Below, piece after piece: positions 42,900 through 52,181 of a stretch of 58,147 nucleotides of DNA (positions are counted from its first letter, which is position 1; every line of letters starts with the position of its first letter). The notes under the pieces were generated by a model. The model was not told the DNA's origin and searched no databases. It saw only the letters and a list, made by a program, of their open reading frames with translations. The stretch comes from a virus. The translations under genes and the position numbers were made by a program. Where the stretch lies: IMG/VR virus record IMGVR_UViG_3300045988_057866; one strand, given 5' to 3'.

Positions 42900-43886
42900 A
42901 TGGACAACAAAAACACATTACAGATTACGGCCCAGTACCCGGCAGAGAGATACAACCTGCTGGTGCCTATGCAGACCGTAGCGGAGATTGCGGAAATCCA
43001 CAAGCCGGTAATGAACGCCGTACAGATTTCCACGAATGAGGCTGACAAGGAAATTTACTTACAGGACAGAAGCAAGGCGAAAGCCGACGGCTGGGCTTTA
43101 ACCAAAAAGGGCCTAAACAAGCTCATGCGAGCCGCAGGTATTAAGATTTTGGGAACACGCCCGATTATCCCGTCCACCTGTCAGAAGTGTGCAGAGGTCA
43201 ACAAGAGCATTGGCAGGCCAGTCAACTGCGGAACCTGCGGTAACAAAGATGTGAAGTTTGAGGCAAGGATTTCCGTACCGCAGCTTACCGGGGAAAACAT
43301 CGAGATTGTGGCCCACAAGGAAATCATCGTTGACGATGTTTCGGTAGGCATGACGGAATTTCAGAAAAAGGAATTTTTGAAGTTCCGCTCGGAAATGTGC
43401 GAGACCAAAGCAATCAACAGAGCCTTGAGAGCGGCTATGCACATCAAAGGCACTTACAGCCTTGCAGAGCTGTCGAAACCGTTTGTTGTGGCGTACCTCG
43501 TACCGAACCTTGATAACGAGGCAGTCAAAGCGGAGGCAGTAAGGCACTTCTTCACATCGGCGCAGGAGCTTTACGGCGGACACAATACAGAGGCCAGACG
43601 TGCAATCTTCATTGAGGACGACGTAGAGGAGGGAATGGAGTACGAGACACCGGGAAAGCCGATTGAGCAGCCGGAGAGCGCAGCTTACAAGGAAGCCCCG
43701 GCAGAGCCACCAAGAGCCACACAGGAACGCCAGCAGGCGGCAGCAGAGGCGGCCCCGGACTTTGACCCGAATTTGTGCGTAGAGTGTGGAGTAAAGGTCA
43801 GCAACGGCGTTGTGAGATACAGCCAGCAGCAGTACGGAAGAACCCTCTGCATGGCTTGTCAGAGAAAACAGGGAGGTAATCAGTAA
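42900..43886 (+). CDS. Hypothetical DNA-binding protein with two zinc-ribbon motifs (possible recombination partner of SbcDC)
   Basis: It carries CQKCAEV...CGTCGNKD and CVECGVKV...CMACQRK motifs, and lies immediately upstream of the nuclease/ATPase gene. The function is only inferred from context. Confidence 0.4.
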   Translation: MDNKNTLQITAQYPAERYNLLVPMQTVAEIAEIHKPVMNAVQISTNEADKEIYLQDRSKAKADGWALTKKGLNKLMRAAGIKILGTRPIIPSTCQKCAEVNKSIGRPVNCGTCGNKDVKFEARISVPQLTGENIEIVAHKEIIVDDVSVGMTEFQKKEFLKFRSEMCETKAINRALRAAMHIKGTYSLAELSKPFVVAYLVPNLDNEAVKAEAVRHFFTSAQELYGGHNTEARRAIFIEDDVEEGMEYETPGKPIEQPESAAYKEAPAEPPRATQERQQAAAEAAPDFDPNLCVECGVKVSNGVVRYSQQQYGRTLCMACQRKQGGNQ

Positions 43887-46800
43887 TGGCAATCAGAATT
43901 TTACATACAGGCGATTTACATATCGGGAATTTCCCCGGCCCGGAGGAAAACGGGGAGAACGTGAGATTTAAGGACATCTGCAAGTGCCTTGACGCACTGG
44001 TGGCAGGCGCAAAGGAACAGAAGCCGGACATTGCGGTAATCGCAGGCGACATCTTTCATCAGGCCAGAGTTTGGAGCGACAGAGGATTGAAAGAGCAGCA
44101 GACGGCGGTACGCTTCCTGCGTGAGCTGGAAAGAATTTGCCCGGTAGTGGTTATGAGAGGAACCCCGAACCACGATAGCGAGGAGCAGTTCAAGACGCTT
44201 GACAGCACCTTTTACGGCGACGACAGCGTACACATCATAACGGAGCCAGACGTAGGCACATACCACAGCTACGACGGCAAGGCGGTACAGATTGCGTGCC
44301 TTCCGGGATTTGACAGAGGCTTTTACAGAGCAAAGCACCCCGGCCTCTCCAAAGAGGAGGAAAACGAGGTATTCACACAGTCAATCGCAGATTTGATTGT
44401 GGGGCTCAAGGCACAGTGCGACGCAGGTAGCCCGACGGTACTGGTATCACACTACACCATTACCGGGTGCAATATGGAGAGCGGGCAGACGGCATTCTTT
44501 AGCCAGTTTGAGCCGGTGGTTTACCCGGACACGCTGCAGGCGGCGGATTTTGACCTCGTTTGCTTCGGACACATTCACAGACCGCAGCAGCTCGACGGCT
44601 GCAAGAACACATTCTACTGCGGAGCGATTTCAGCCCTCAACTTCAACGACGAGGGACAGGAGAGAGGCTACTGGCTGCATGATGTAGAGGACGACGGAAC
44701 AGTACACTCCACATTCCAGCAGCTTCCGACAAGGCAGTATAAAACAATCCGCCTCAAGGACGAGGATGTAGCGGAGATTATCAATGCAGACAGGGCGGAG
44801 GATAAGTTCCCGTTCACGGTGACGGACGTAAAGGGAGACATCGTGAGAGTGCTTTACGACTGCACGGACGAGCATAACAAGGCATTTAACCATACGGTGT
44901 ATGAGGCAGCGCTCTACAACGTGGGCGGAGCCTTTTGGGTACAGGAGATTACACCGCAGAAAATCAGTATCACGGTGGATAAGAAGAGCATGGACGCAGA
45001 CGGAACCCCGGAAAGCAACCTTGCGGAATACATTACAGAGAAAGAGCTTACGCCGGAACGCCTCGGAGAGATTATCGAGCTGGCAAGACCGATTATAGCA
45101 GAGGCAACGGAGAAAGCCACGACAGAGAGACATACAGGGCTGTTCGTCCCGGTTGAGATTGAGGTCAAGAACTACCGCAACTACCGTGAGGAGACATTCT
45201 CATTCGAGGATATTCGCTTTTGCACCATTAACGGCAGCAACGGCGTAGGAAAGAGCAGTTTGTTCATGGACGCAATGGCGGACGCTCTTTTTGAGGAGAC
45301 CAGAGAGGGCGAACTCACCGGCTGGATTTGCAACGACCCGGACGCTCGAAGCGGCGCAATCAAATTCACATTTAAGCTGGGCGAGAGCCTTTACAGAGTA
45401 ACCAGAACCCGTCAGAAGTCCGGCAAGGCGACACTGAATATTTCAGAATTTGTTGAGGGTGAATGGGTAGACCGCTCTAAGGAGAAGTTCAAAGACACCC
45501 AGCAGGAAATCATCAACATCATTGGCATGGATAGCCTCACGCTGAAAGCCTGCGCCCTTATCATGCAAGACCAGTACGGCCTCTTTTTACAGGCGGACAA
45601 GGAAGCCCGCATGAATATCCTCGGAAATATCCTCGGCCTCGGCATTTACGCCGGAATGGAGGAACTGGCAGCGGACAAGGCGACAGAGACTAACAGACAG
45701 ATAAGACAGTTGCAGGATAAGACGGACGTTATCTTGTCGGGCCTGCCGGACAGAGCGGAGCTTGAGGCACAGATTGCAGCGGAGGAGGAAACCAAAGCGA
45801 CCTACGAGCAGGCGGCAGCGGTAAAGACAACGGAGATTGACGGTCTCAAGGTGAAGCTCAACACGCAGTTGGAGGCAGCGAGCCGTGTTATCAAGCTCAA
45901 CGGTAAGATTGCCACACTCGGAACGCAGAAAGCCACCAAAGAGGCAGCAAAGACCTCACAGGTAGGCATTGTGACATCGGCAAACACTATTCTTGCCAAA
46001 GAGGAGGAAATCACGGCGGGCGTGGCAGCCTACAACGGATTGTTGGAAAAGGAAAAAGAGCTGATTAAGGGCAAGGCTACATACGACAACCTTGAGCAGA
46101 GAAAGAAGCAGCTCGAATCCGCCATTGACCTTGCGGAGAAATCTGCAAAGGAACTGGCGCAGAAAAAAGCAGCGATTACGCTCGTGAAGATTGGGCCACT
46201 TGAGGCAGCCATTTCCCGTGCTGCGGAGCTGGAAGAAAAGCACCAGCAGCACGAAAGCACTGCCGGAAAGATTGCGGAACTGGAAAAGGGATTGCCGGAG
46301 TACACGGAGCAGAGACAGGCGGTACTCGACGCAGAGGCGGAGCTGGAACGACTGGAAGCGGACTATGAGAAAGCGAAAGAGAAGCTGTCATACCGCATCA
46401 CGACCCTCAGAGGCAAAGTTGAGCTTCTGGACAACAGCGGTTGCCCGGACGTAGAAAAAGCAAGCTGTAAGTTCCTTGCGGACGCACTGGAAGCCAAGAA
46501 AGCATTGCCGGAGGCAGAGGCGGAACTCACTTCACTTGAGACAGAGTACGCAGCAAACCGTCAGAGCCTTTCAGATACGCTCAGACAGGCGGAAACCGTG
46601 TTCAGCGATAAAATGCACCTCCCGGAGGAAATCGAGGCTCTTAGAGGCGATTTGAGAGTGCTTGAGGCAGCGGAGAAAGAGTACAGCAGCCTTGAGGCAC
46701 AGAGAAACGAGCTGAAACTCATGCAGGAACGCTCGGAGGAGCTGGCAAAGGCGCAGGCCAGCGCAGAGGAGACGGTCACAAAGGGAAAAGCCGAACTGGA

Positions 46801-47749
46801 AAAGGTGACAGCGGAGCTTGAGGCGGTAGAGGCAGCCAACAGAGAGTACGAGAAGTTACAGCAGGACATTTTGACAGCCAGAACATGGCTGGATAAGGAG
46901 AAACAGCTCCCAGTAGCGAGACAGCAAAAAGAGGCGGCAAGCCTGCGTGTTCTGGAATTGAGTGGAGAGATTGAAGAACTCGAAAAGGAACTCGAAGAAA
47001 CCCGCACAGAGCTTGAGGAGGAGCAGAGCAAGACCGTAGGAACGGCAGAGCTGCAGGCACAGGTAGCGGCAGCAGAGGCGGAAATCAAAGCCATGCAGGA
47101 CGCAGCGCAGGCGGCCACGCTGAAACTCGGAGGCTTGAAGAAACAGGCGGAGGAGCTGGCAGAGAAGTTACAGCAGGCGGCAGAGCTGCAGAACCGTGTA
47201 AACGTACTCGGAGGCAAGGCCGCCGGATATGAGGAGCTGAAAAAGGCGTTTTCGCAGGATGGTATTCCTCACAACATTATCCGCAGCATTATCCCGGTAT
47301 TTGAGGCCGCAGCAACGAATATCCTCGGACAGATGTCACAGGGTCGCATGAGCGTTGAGTTCGTGACCGAAAAGGTTCTGAAATCCAACAGCAAGAAAGA
47401 GGTAACGACCCTCGACATCATCATCAACGACGTAGACACCGGGCGACTTCCTTACATGAGCAGAAGCGGTGGCGAGAGGGTAAAAGCAGCACTGTCTGTT
47501 ATCCTTGCCCTTTCAGAGATTAAGAGCAGCAAGGCAGGCGTACAGCTTGGGTTCCTATTCATTGACGAGCCACCGTTCCTCGACGCTCCGGGCGTACAGG
47601 CATATTGCGACGCACTGGAAGCAATTCAGAACAGATACAGTAACCTCAAGGTTATGGCAATCACCCATGACCCGGCCATGAAGTCGAGATTTCCGCAGAG
47701 TGTTGATGTGGTAAAGACGGCAGAGGGCAGTAAGGTAATTTATGAATAG
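43886..47749 (+). CDS. Fused SbcD-like (Mre11) nuclease and SbcC-like (Rad50) ATPase
   Basis: N-terminal calcineurin-like phosphoesterase motifs: HTGDLH, IAGDIFH, GTPNHD, GHIHRP. These are followed by Walker A GSNGVGKSS, about 600 aa of coiled coil, the signature SRSGGERV and Walker B FLFIDEP. Confidence 0.85.
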   Translation: MAIRILHTGDLHIGNFPGPEENGENVRFKDICKCLDALVAGAKEQKPDIAVIAGDIFHQARVWSDRGLKEQQTAVRFLRELERICPVVVMRGTPNHDSEEQFKTLDSTFYGDDSVHIITEPDVGTYHSYDGKAVQIACLPGFDRGFYRAKHPGLSKEEENEVFTQSIADLIVGLKAQCDAGSPTVLVSHYTITGCNMESGQTAFFSQFEPVVYPDTLQAADFDLVCFGHIHRPQQLDGCKNTFYCGAISALNFNDEGQERGYWLHDVEDDGTVHSTFQQLPTRQYKTIRLKDEDVAEIINADRAEDKFPFTVTDVKGDIVRVLYDCTDEHNKAFNHTVYEAALYNVGGAFWVQEITPQKISITVDKKSMDADGTPESNLAEYITEKELTPERLGEIIELARPIIAEATEKATTERHTGLFVPVEIEVKNYRNYREETFSFEDIRFCTINGSNGVGKSSLFMDAMADALFEETREGELTGWICNDPDARSGAIKFTFKLGESLYRVTRTRQKSGKATLNISEFVEGEWVDRSKEKFKDTQQEIINIIGMDSLTLKACALIMQDQYGLFLQADKEARMNILGNILGLGIYAGMEELAADKATETNRQIRQLQDKTDVILSGLPDRAELEAQIAAEEETKATYEQAAAVKTTEIDGLKVKLNTQLEAASRVIKLNGKIATLGTQKATKEAAKTSQVGIVTSANTILAKEEEITAGVAAYNGLLEKEKELIKGKATYDNLEQRKKQLESAIDLAEKSAKELAQKKAAITLVKIGPLEAAISRAAELEEKHQQHESTAGKIAELEKGLPEYTEQRQAVLDAEAELERLEADYEKAKEKLSYRITTLRGKVELLDNSGCPDVEKASCKFLADALEAKKALPEAEAELTSLETEYAANRQSLSDTLRQAETVFSDKMHLPEEIEALRGDLRVLEAAEKEYSSLEAQRNELKLMQERSEELAKAQASAEETVTKGKAELEKVTAELEAVEAANREYEKLQQDILTARTWLDKEKQLPVARQQKEAASLRVLELSGEIEELEKELEETRTELEEEQSKTVGTAELQAQVAAAEAEIKAMQDAAQAATLKLGGLKKQAEELAEKLQQAAELQNRVNVLGGKAAGYEELKKAFSQDGIPHNIIRSIIPVFEAAATNILGQMSQGRMSVEFVTEKVLKSNSKKEVTTLDIIINDVDTGRLPYMSRSGGERVKAALSVILALSEIKSSKAGVQLGFLFIDEPPFLDAPGVQAYCDALEAIQNRYSNLKVMAITHDPAMKSRFPQSVDVVKTAEGSKVIYE

Positions 47750-47807
47750 AAAACATCACTTCTGGGGAGTTTTCTCCCCGGAAAACCCCGAAAAGGAGGT
47801 GTAATCG

Positions 47808-48650
47808 TTGGGACGACCACGAAAACAGACGGTAGACTACTTTCCACATTTTGTAGGAGCCGACAGCAAGACAAAATTCATACTGGAAAATAAGTGGGGA
47901 AACGACGGCTATGCTTTTTGGTTCAAGTTATTGGAGCTTCTTGGCCGCAGCGACGGTCATTGTTACGACTGTTCAGTAAGCGCAAACAAGATGTACCTCG
48001 TTTCACTGGCAAGGGTAAGTGAGGAGACGGCGGACGACATCTTAGAGACGCTGGCGGAGCTTGGAAAGATTGACAAGGAATTATGGGACACACACAAGCT
48101 CATTTGGTGCCAGAGGCTCGTTGACAACCTGCAGCAGGTTTACGCAAAGAGAACAGTACAGATACCGTGCAAGCCATTCACGGAACCGGCAGCCCCTACA
48201 CCTGCACCGGCAGAGCCGCCTCAGAAGAAAGAGGAGCCAGAGTCGGAGGCGGAGGAGAAGCCGAAAAAGAGAGGCAGACCCACAAAAAGAAAGTCCGTAC
48301 TCAAGGTAAAACAGCAGGAATTGTTTGAGAAATTCTATGCGGCATACCCGAAAAAGCAGGACAGAGCCTCGGCAGAAAAGGCATGGGCGAAGATTGAGCC
48401 GGAGCCGGACGAGGCAATGACAGAGAAGATTATACAGGCGGTTGAGCTGTCAAAGAAATACGATAACCGTTTCAGAGAGAGACAGTACACGCCGTTACCG
48501 GCCTCGTGGCTGAACGCCAAAGGCTATTTGAACGAATTTGCACAGGAGGGAGGAAGCAGCTATGGAGCTTACCAGAATAGGAGAAGCAGCGGGTCAACGA
48601 CAGACCCCGGAGGATTTACGCCGTCGGGAGGATTCAAAGGCAGCGAATAA
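47808..48650 (+). CDS. Replication initiation / replisome organiser protein (DUF4373, Lin1244-like N-terminal domain)
   Basis: TTG start after AAAGGAGGTG. YFPHFVGADSKTKFILENKWGNDGYAFWFKLLELL matches the DUF4373 pattern as remembered. Confidence 0.65.
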   Translation: MGRPRKQTVDYFPHFVGADSKTKFILENKWGNDGYAFWFKLLELLGRSDGHCYDCSVSANKMYLVSLARVSEETADDILETLAELGKIDKELWDTHKLIWCQRLVDNLQQVYAKRTVQIPCKPFTEPAAPTPAPAEPPQKKEEPESEAEEKPKKRGRPTKRKSVLKVKQQELFEKFYAAYPKKQDRASAEKAWAKIEPEPDEAMTEKIIQAVELSKKYDNRFRERQYTPLPASWLNAKGYLNEFAQEGGSSYGAYQNRRSSGSTTDPGGFTPSGGFKGSE

Positions 48651-48651
48651 C

Positions 48652-49506
48652 ATGGTTACGCCGCAGGAAGCGAAAGAGAAAGGTATTCCGTGGCGTGTAG
48701 CACCGCCGGAGCCGCAGGTGTGCCAGTTTTGCGGCCAGCCAATACAGCCGCAGGGCATTGTGTTACAAAACATGGTTTTCCTTTGGAGACCAAACGTGCG
48801 CTGCACCTGTGAAAAGGCGGTTGCCTACTGGCAGGAATACGACCGCAAGCAGGCGGAGGAAAAGGCCCGAAAAGAGGACGAGGAACGCAGGAGGGCCATG
48901 CAGAGCAGGATTGACCGCCTACTCGGAAACAGCGGCATTAAGAAGCGTTTCCAGCAGAGAACATTCCCGAACTTCCGAACAGACACGCCGGGCCGCCAGA
49001 AGAATTACAGAGTTGCCAAAGAGTATGCGGACAATTTTGCATACCACAAGGCAAAGGGCGACGGTCTCTACATAGAGGGAACGAACGGAACGGGCAAGAC
49101 ACATCTTGCGGCGGCGATTGCCTTACAGCTTATCGGCGAGGGAATACCCGTAATATGCAAGACATCGAGCGACTTGCTTCTGGACGTGAAAAAGGCATTT
49201 GACAACGAGGGAGTTACGGAGGCGCAGGTGCTGGACGCATACAAAAAGGCGGACTTGCTTATCATTGACGACCTCGGAAAAGAGCAGTGCAGCGATTGGA
49301 GCATGAGTACCCTCTACTCCATTCTGAATGACCGCTACGAGGACATGAAGCCGACCATTGTAACGACCAATTACAACACCGACGGTCTTATAAACGCCCT
49401 TACACCAAAGGGATTTGACAATACGAAAATCGTGGCAATTATCAGCCGCCTACGAGAAACCAGCACCGTAATGACTATGGCGTGGGAAGATTGCAGGGGC
49501 AAGTAA
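48652..49506 (+). CDS. DnaC / IstB-like helicase loader ATPase
   Basis: Walker A GTNGTGKTHLAAAIA and Walker B LLIIDDLGKE. ATG at 48652 sits 1 nt after the upstream stop. ATG at 48562 (with an AGGAGGGAGG RBS) is an alternative that would overlap the previous gene by 89 nt. Confidence 0.8.
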   Translation: MVTPQEAKEKGIPWRVAPPEPQVCQFCGQPIQPQGIVLQNMVFLWRPNVRCTCEKAVAYWQEYDRKQAEEKARKEDEERRRAMQSRIDRLLGNSGIKKRFQQRTFPNFRTDTPGRQKNYRVAKEYADNFAYHKAKGDGLYIEGTNGTGKTHLAAAIALQLIGEGIPVICKTSSDLLLDVKKAFDNEGVTEAQVLDAYKKADLLIIDDLGKEQCSDWSMSTLYSILNDRYEDMKPTIVTTNYNTDGLINALTPKGFDNTKIVAIISRLRETSTVMTMAWEDCRGK

Positions 49507-49515
49507 GGAGGACAC

Positions 49516-49707
49516 ATGGACGACGGCATATTTACGATACAGGTTCGCAAATGCAAGAGGTGTGGACGGCTGCTTACAAGTAAAGAAGCCGTCGAGCGTG
49601 GATATGGCTGCCAGTGCGCAAAGAACGCCCGGAAAGAGGAGGAAGCACAGAAGCCAATACCGGGGCAGCGGAACATATTCGATTATTTGCAGGACGAGGA
49701 GGAATAA
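49516..49707 (+). CDS. Small CxxC...GxGxxC zinc-binding protein (DUF6011-like)
   Basis: CKRCGRLLTSKEAVERGYGCQC motif. 63 aa. Confidence 0.5.
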   Translation: MDDGIFTIQVRKCKRCGRLLTSKEAVERGYGCQCAKNARKEEEAQKPIPGQRNIFDYLQDEEE

Positions 49708-49709
49708 GC

Positions 49710-50051
49710 GTGACAAGCGAAAACGAAAAAGAAAACCGGGAGAAGTTATTCCGGCTTATGCAGGAGAACCCGGAGCTGCCAGTTGTGGCTATGGTTGACA
49801 GTGAAATTGTTGCTGACGACGGTTACAATCGCTGGCTTGGAGTGTGGGGCTGCAGCTACATTGGAGAGTACCTTATCGGGGAGGAACACCTCTTTTTCAG
49901 AGAGGACGACGACCCCTCGGAGGTTGACAGAGTTTTATCGGAGAGATACGGCGACGATTATTATGCAGACATGACGGGCAAACAGGAAGCGGAGGCATAC
50001 GCAGGCTTGCCGTGGATAAAGGCAATCATCGTATATATTGACTTGCCATAA
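49710..50051 (+). CDS. Hypothetical protein
   Basis: GTG at 49710 follows GGAGGAA. The ORF-track start at 49614 overlaps the previous gene. Confidence 0.45.
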   Translation: MTSENEKENREKLFRLMQENPELPVVAMVDSEIVADDGYNRWLGVWGCSYIGEYLIGEEHLFFREDDDPSEVDRVLSERYGDDYYADMTGKQEAEAYAGLPWIKAIIVYIDLP

Positions 50052-50060
50052 CAAGGAGGA

Positions 50061-50312
50061 ATGGACATGGGATATTTGAAAGAAGTACACGGAATGACAT
50101 TACTCGGCAAAACGCCGGAGGGGACTTGCCCGGAATGCGCAGTAGAGCACGACCCGGAGCAGCCACACAACCTGGACAGCCTTGCATATCAGTATAAATT
50201 CTACGACCAGCACGGACGCTGGCCAACGTGGGCGGACGCTATGGCACATTGCCCGGAGGAGGTAAAAGAAGTTTGGACGCAGGCTTTGAGAGAGCGAGGT
50301 GTCAAAGTATGA
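50061..50312 (+). CDS. Hypothetical protein
   Basis: An 83-aa ORF after AAGGAGG. ATG at 50067 has better RBS spacing. Confidence 0.5.
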   Translation: MDMGYLKEVHGMTLLGKTPEGTCPECAVEHDPEQPHNLDSLAYQYKFYDQHGRWPTWADAMAHCPEEVKEVWTQALRERGVKV

Positions 50313-50632
50313 AAAAGTTGGAACAAAAGTATATGGACGTTCTCGAAAAGCACGATTGGTCGGTAAGCAGTTACACCGACGACGGCAGGGTAGAAATTGA
50401 GACCTATTCACCGGCTGGCGAGGATTTTCTTATGTGCGTGGAGGTAGAAAACTTTCCGAGAGCCGTAGCAGAATACGCAGCCGGATTTGATGTTGACGAA
50501 CACATAGAAATGTGGATTGAGGCAAAGAGAAGCGGAACCAACGGCGTTCCGTCGGCCCGTGAGCTTGTGCATGACGCAGAGGCTATTGACAAAATGCTTG
50601 ATGAACTTGCGGACGCATTGGCAGCAGCATAA
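50309..50632 (+). CDS. Hypothetical protein
   Basis: ATG at 50309 overlaps the upstream stop (ATGA). 107 aa. Confidence 0.5.
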   Translation: MKKLEQKYMDVLEKHDWSVSSYTDDGRVEIETYSPAGEDFLMCVEVENFPRAVAEYAAGFDVDEHIEMWIEAKRSGTNGVPSARELVHDAEAIDKMLDELADALAAA

Positions 50633-50657
50633 AACCAGAAAACAGGAGGAAAACACA

Positions 50658-51794
50658 ATGGCAGAAATGAAAATTAGACACACGGAAACTGCAGGAGATT
50701 ACAGCTCCGAGACAGTATTCGAGGGAAAAGACCTTGAATTTATCCACGAGGATTTGCTCAAGACTTTGTTCGGAGCAAAGAATGCAGCACCGGCCCCGGA
50801 GGGAAAGAAAGAGGTCAAGCTCGCAGCGGTAGAGACTAAGCAGCCGGGAGTAGAGGGAAACGTCGTAGCAATTTACGACAACGCCGGTATTCCCTCATTC
50901 ATGTATAAATTTACCCGTGTAAGTAATAAGGAGCTGTTCGGCGGCGGCGATAAGCCTCACCCGGCATTTGTTATCGGCGGAGAGGTTTACGACGAGATTT
51001 ATATTTCAGTCTACCAGAACTGCGAAATTAACGGGAAGCCGTACAGCTTGCCATATCAGAAGCCGTGGACGAACCTTACCAATGATGAAGCGTCAGAGGC
51101 TTGCTTCAACAAGGGTGAGGGCTGGCACCTTATGACCGCAGCAGAGTGGGGACTGATTGCAAATATCAGCCTCAAGAACGGAACTCTCCCTCACGGGAAT
51201 ACCAACAACGGCCAGTACCACGCAGACGCAAGCGAAAAAGGTGTGAAGTACGACGGAGGCGACGGCAGAACCCTTACCGGCAGCGGCCCAGCCACATGGA
51301 CGCACAATCACACCCCGGAGGGCGTACACGATTTATGCGGAAACGTATGGGAAATGCTTAGAGGACTGCGTATCAAAGACGGCGTACTGTATGCAGCAAA
51401 GGACAACGACGCAGCACTCAACATCGACCTCACACAGGAGGGAGACGACTGGCACAGAATTAAGGACAATTCCGGCAATGTCGTAAAGGTATCGGTAGAC
51501 GGCAGTATCAAGATTACCACATACCCGTCCATTGAGCAGGACTACACCGGGGACTGCTGGGAGGACGTAGACATCGACTGCGAGAGCGAACAGCTCAAGG
51601 AACTTGCATTGTTCGCAGGGGAGCCAAAAGCATACCTCTATATCGACAGCACCAGCGGAGAATACTTCCCGATTCGTGGTGGCTACTGGCACTCCGGTGC
51701 GGATGCGGGTCTGTTCTGCACGCACTTGAACAACCCTCGTTCCAATTCCAGCTGGAACATCGGCTTCCGCTCCGCTTATTTCAAGAAACACTGA
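50658..51794 (+). CDS. DGR target protein 2: FGE-sulfatase / C-type-lectin-fold paralogue carrying VR2
   Basis: ATG at 50658 follows CAGGAGGAA. GEGWHLMTAAEWGLIANI and HDLCGNVWEMLRG motifs are present, and it is homologous to target 1 along most of its length. VR2 lies in the last roughly 43 codons. Confidence 0.85.
   Translation: MAEMKIRHTETAGDYSSETVFEGKDLEFIHEDLLKTLFGAKNAAPAPEGKKEVKLAAVETKQPGVEGNVVAIYDNAGIPSFMYKFTRVSNKELFGGGDKPHPAFVIGGEVYDEIYISVYQNCEINGKPYSLPYQKPWTNLTNDEASEACFNKGEGWHLMTAAEWGLIANISLKNGTLPHGNTNNGQYHADASEKGVKYDGGDGRTLTGSGPATWTHNHTPEGVHDLCGNVWEMLRGLRIKDGVLYAAKDNDAALNIDLTQEGDDWHRIKDNSGNVVKVSVDGSIKITTYPSIEQDYTGDCWEDVDIDCESEQLKELALFAGEPKAYLYIDSTSGEYFPIRGGYWHSGADAGLFCTHLNNPRSNSSWNIGFRSAYFKKH
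51666..51776 (+). repeat. DGR variable repeat VR2 (remote, about 24.1 kb from TR)
   Basis: It aligns without gaps to TR 27569-27679 (offset 24097). There are 8 mismatches, all at TR adenines (27587, 27593, 27596, 27597, 27605, 27621, 27626, 27654). Confidence 0.9.
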
Positions 51795-51818
51795 TAACTG
51801 CTTACTGAGCAACTGACA

Positions 51819-51838
51819 GGGGCGGCGATAGTCGCCCC
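51819..51838 (+). promoter_or_regulatory. GC-rich hairpin downstream of VR2 (counterpart of 27100-27119)
   Basis: GGGGCGGC-GATA-GTCGCCCC has an 8-bp stem with one G-T pair and a 4-nt loop. It starts 42 nt after VR2 ends. Confidence 0.55.
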
Positions 51839-51860
51839 ATACAGAAAGGAGGCGGAGGAA

Positions 51861-52181
51861 ACGGCCAAGCGAGGAGATATTTACTACATCAGAGGGACAG
51901 AGACGACAGGCAGCGAGCAGGGCGGAAACAGACCGGCAGTAATCGTGAGCAACAACACCGGGAACCACCATGCGCCGGTAGTAGAAGTCGTTTACCTTAC
52001 AACAAAGAGAAAGACCACCATTCCGACGCATGTTTATATCAATTCAGCCCGGAGGCCGTCAATAGCCCTCTGCGAGCAGATTGTAACGGTATGCAAAAGC
52101 AGGCTCAAGGAACATATCGGGAGCGTAAGCGTGGCGGAAATGAGAAAAATTGACCGGGCTTTGCAGACAAGTCTCGGAATA
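51861..52181 (+). other. MazF/PemK-like toxin module with no canonical start codon and no stop codon
   Basis: (ACG)AKRGDIYYIRGTETTGSEQGGNRPAVIVSNNTGN...PTHVYI...ALCEQIVTVCKSRL...MRKIDRALQTSLGI is a full-length PemK/MazF-like sequence. ACG sits where ATG is expected, 8 nt after AAAGGAGGCGGAGG. The frame runs on into the next gene. Confidence 0.6.

Noticed and set aside
46561-47217. Minus-strand ORF (218 aa) inside the SbcC-like coiled-coil region
   Set aside because: It is a Ser/Ala/Cys-rich shadow of the E/A/K/L-rich coiled-coil coding sequence, with no translation signals.
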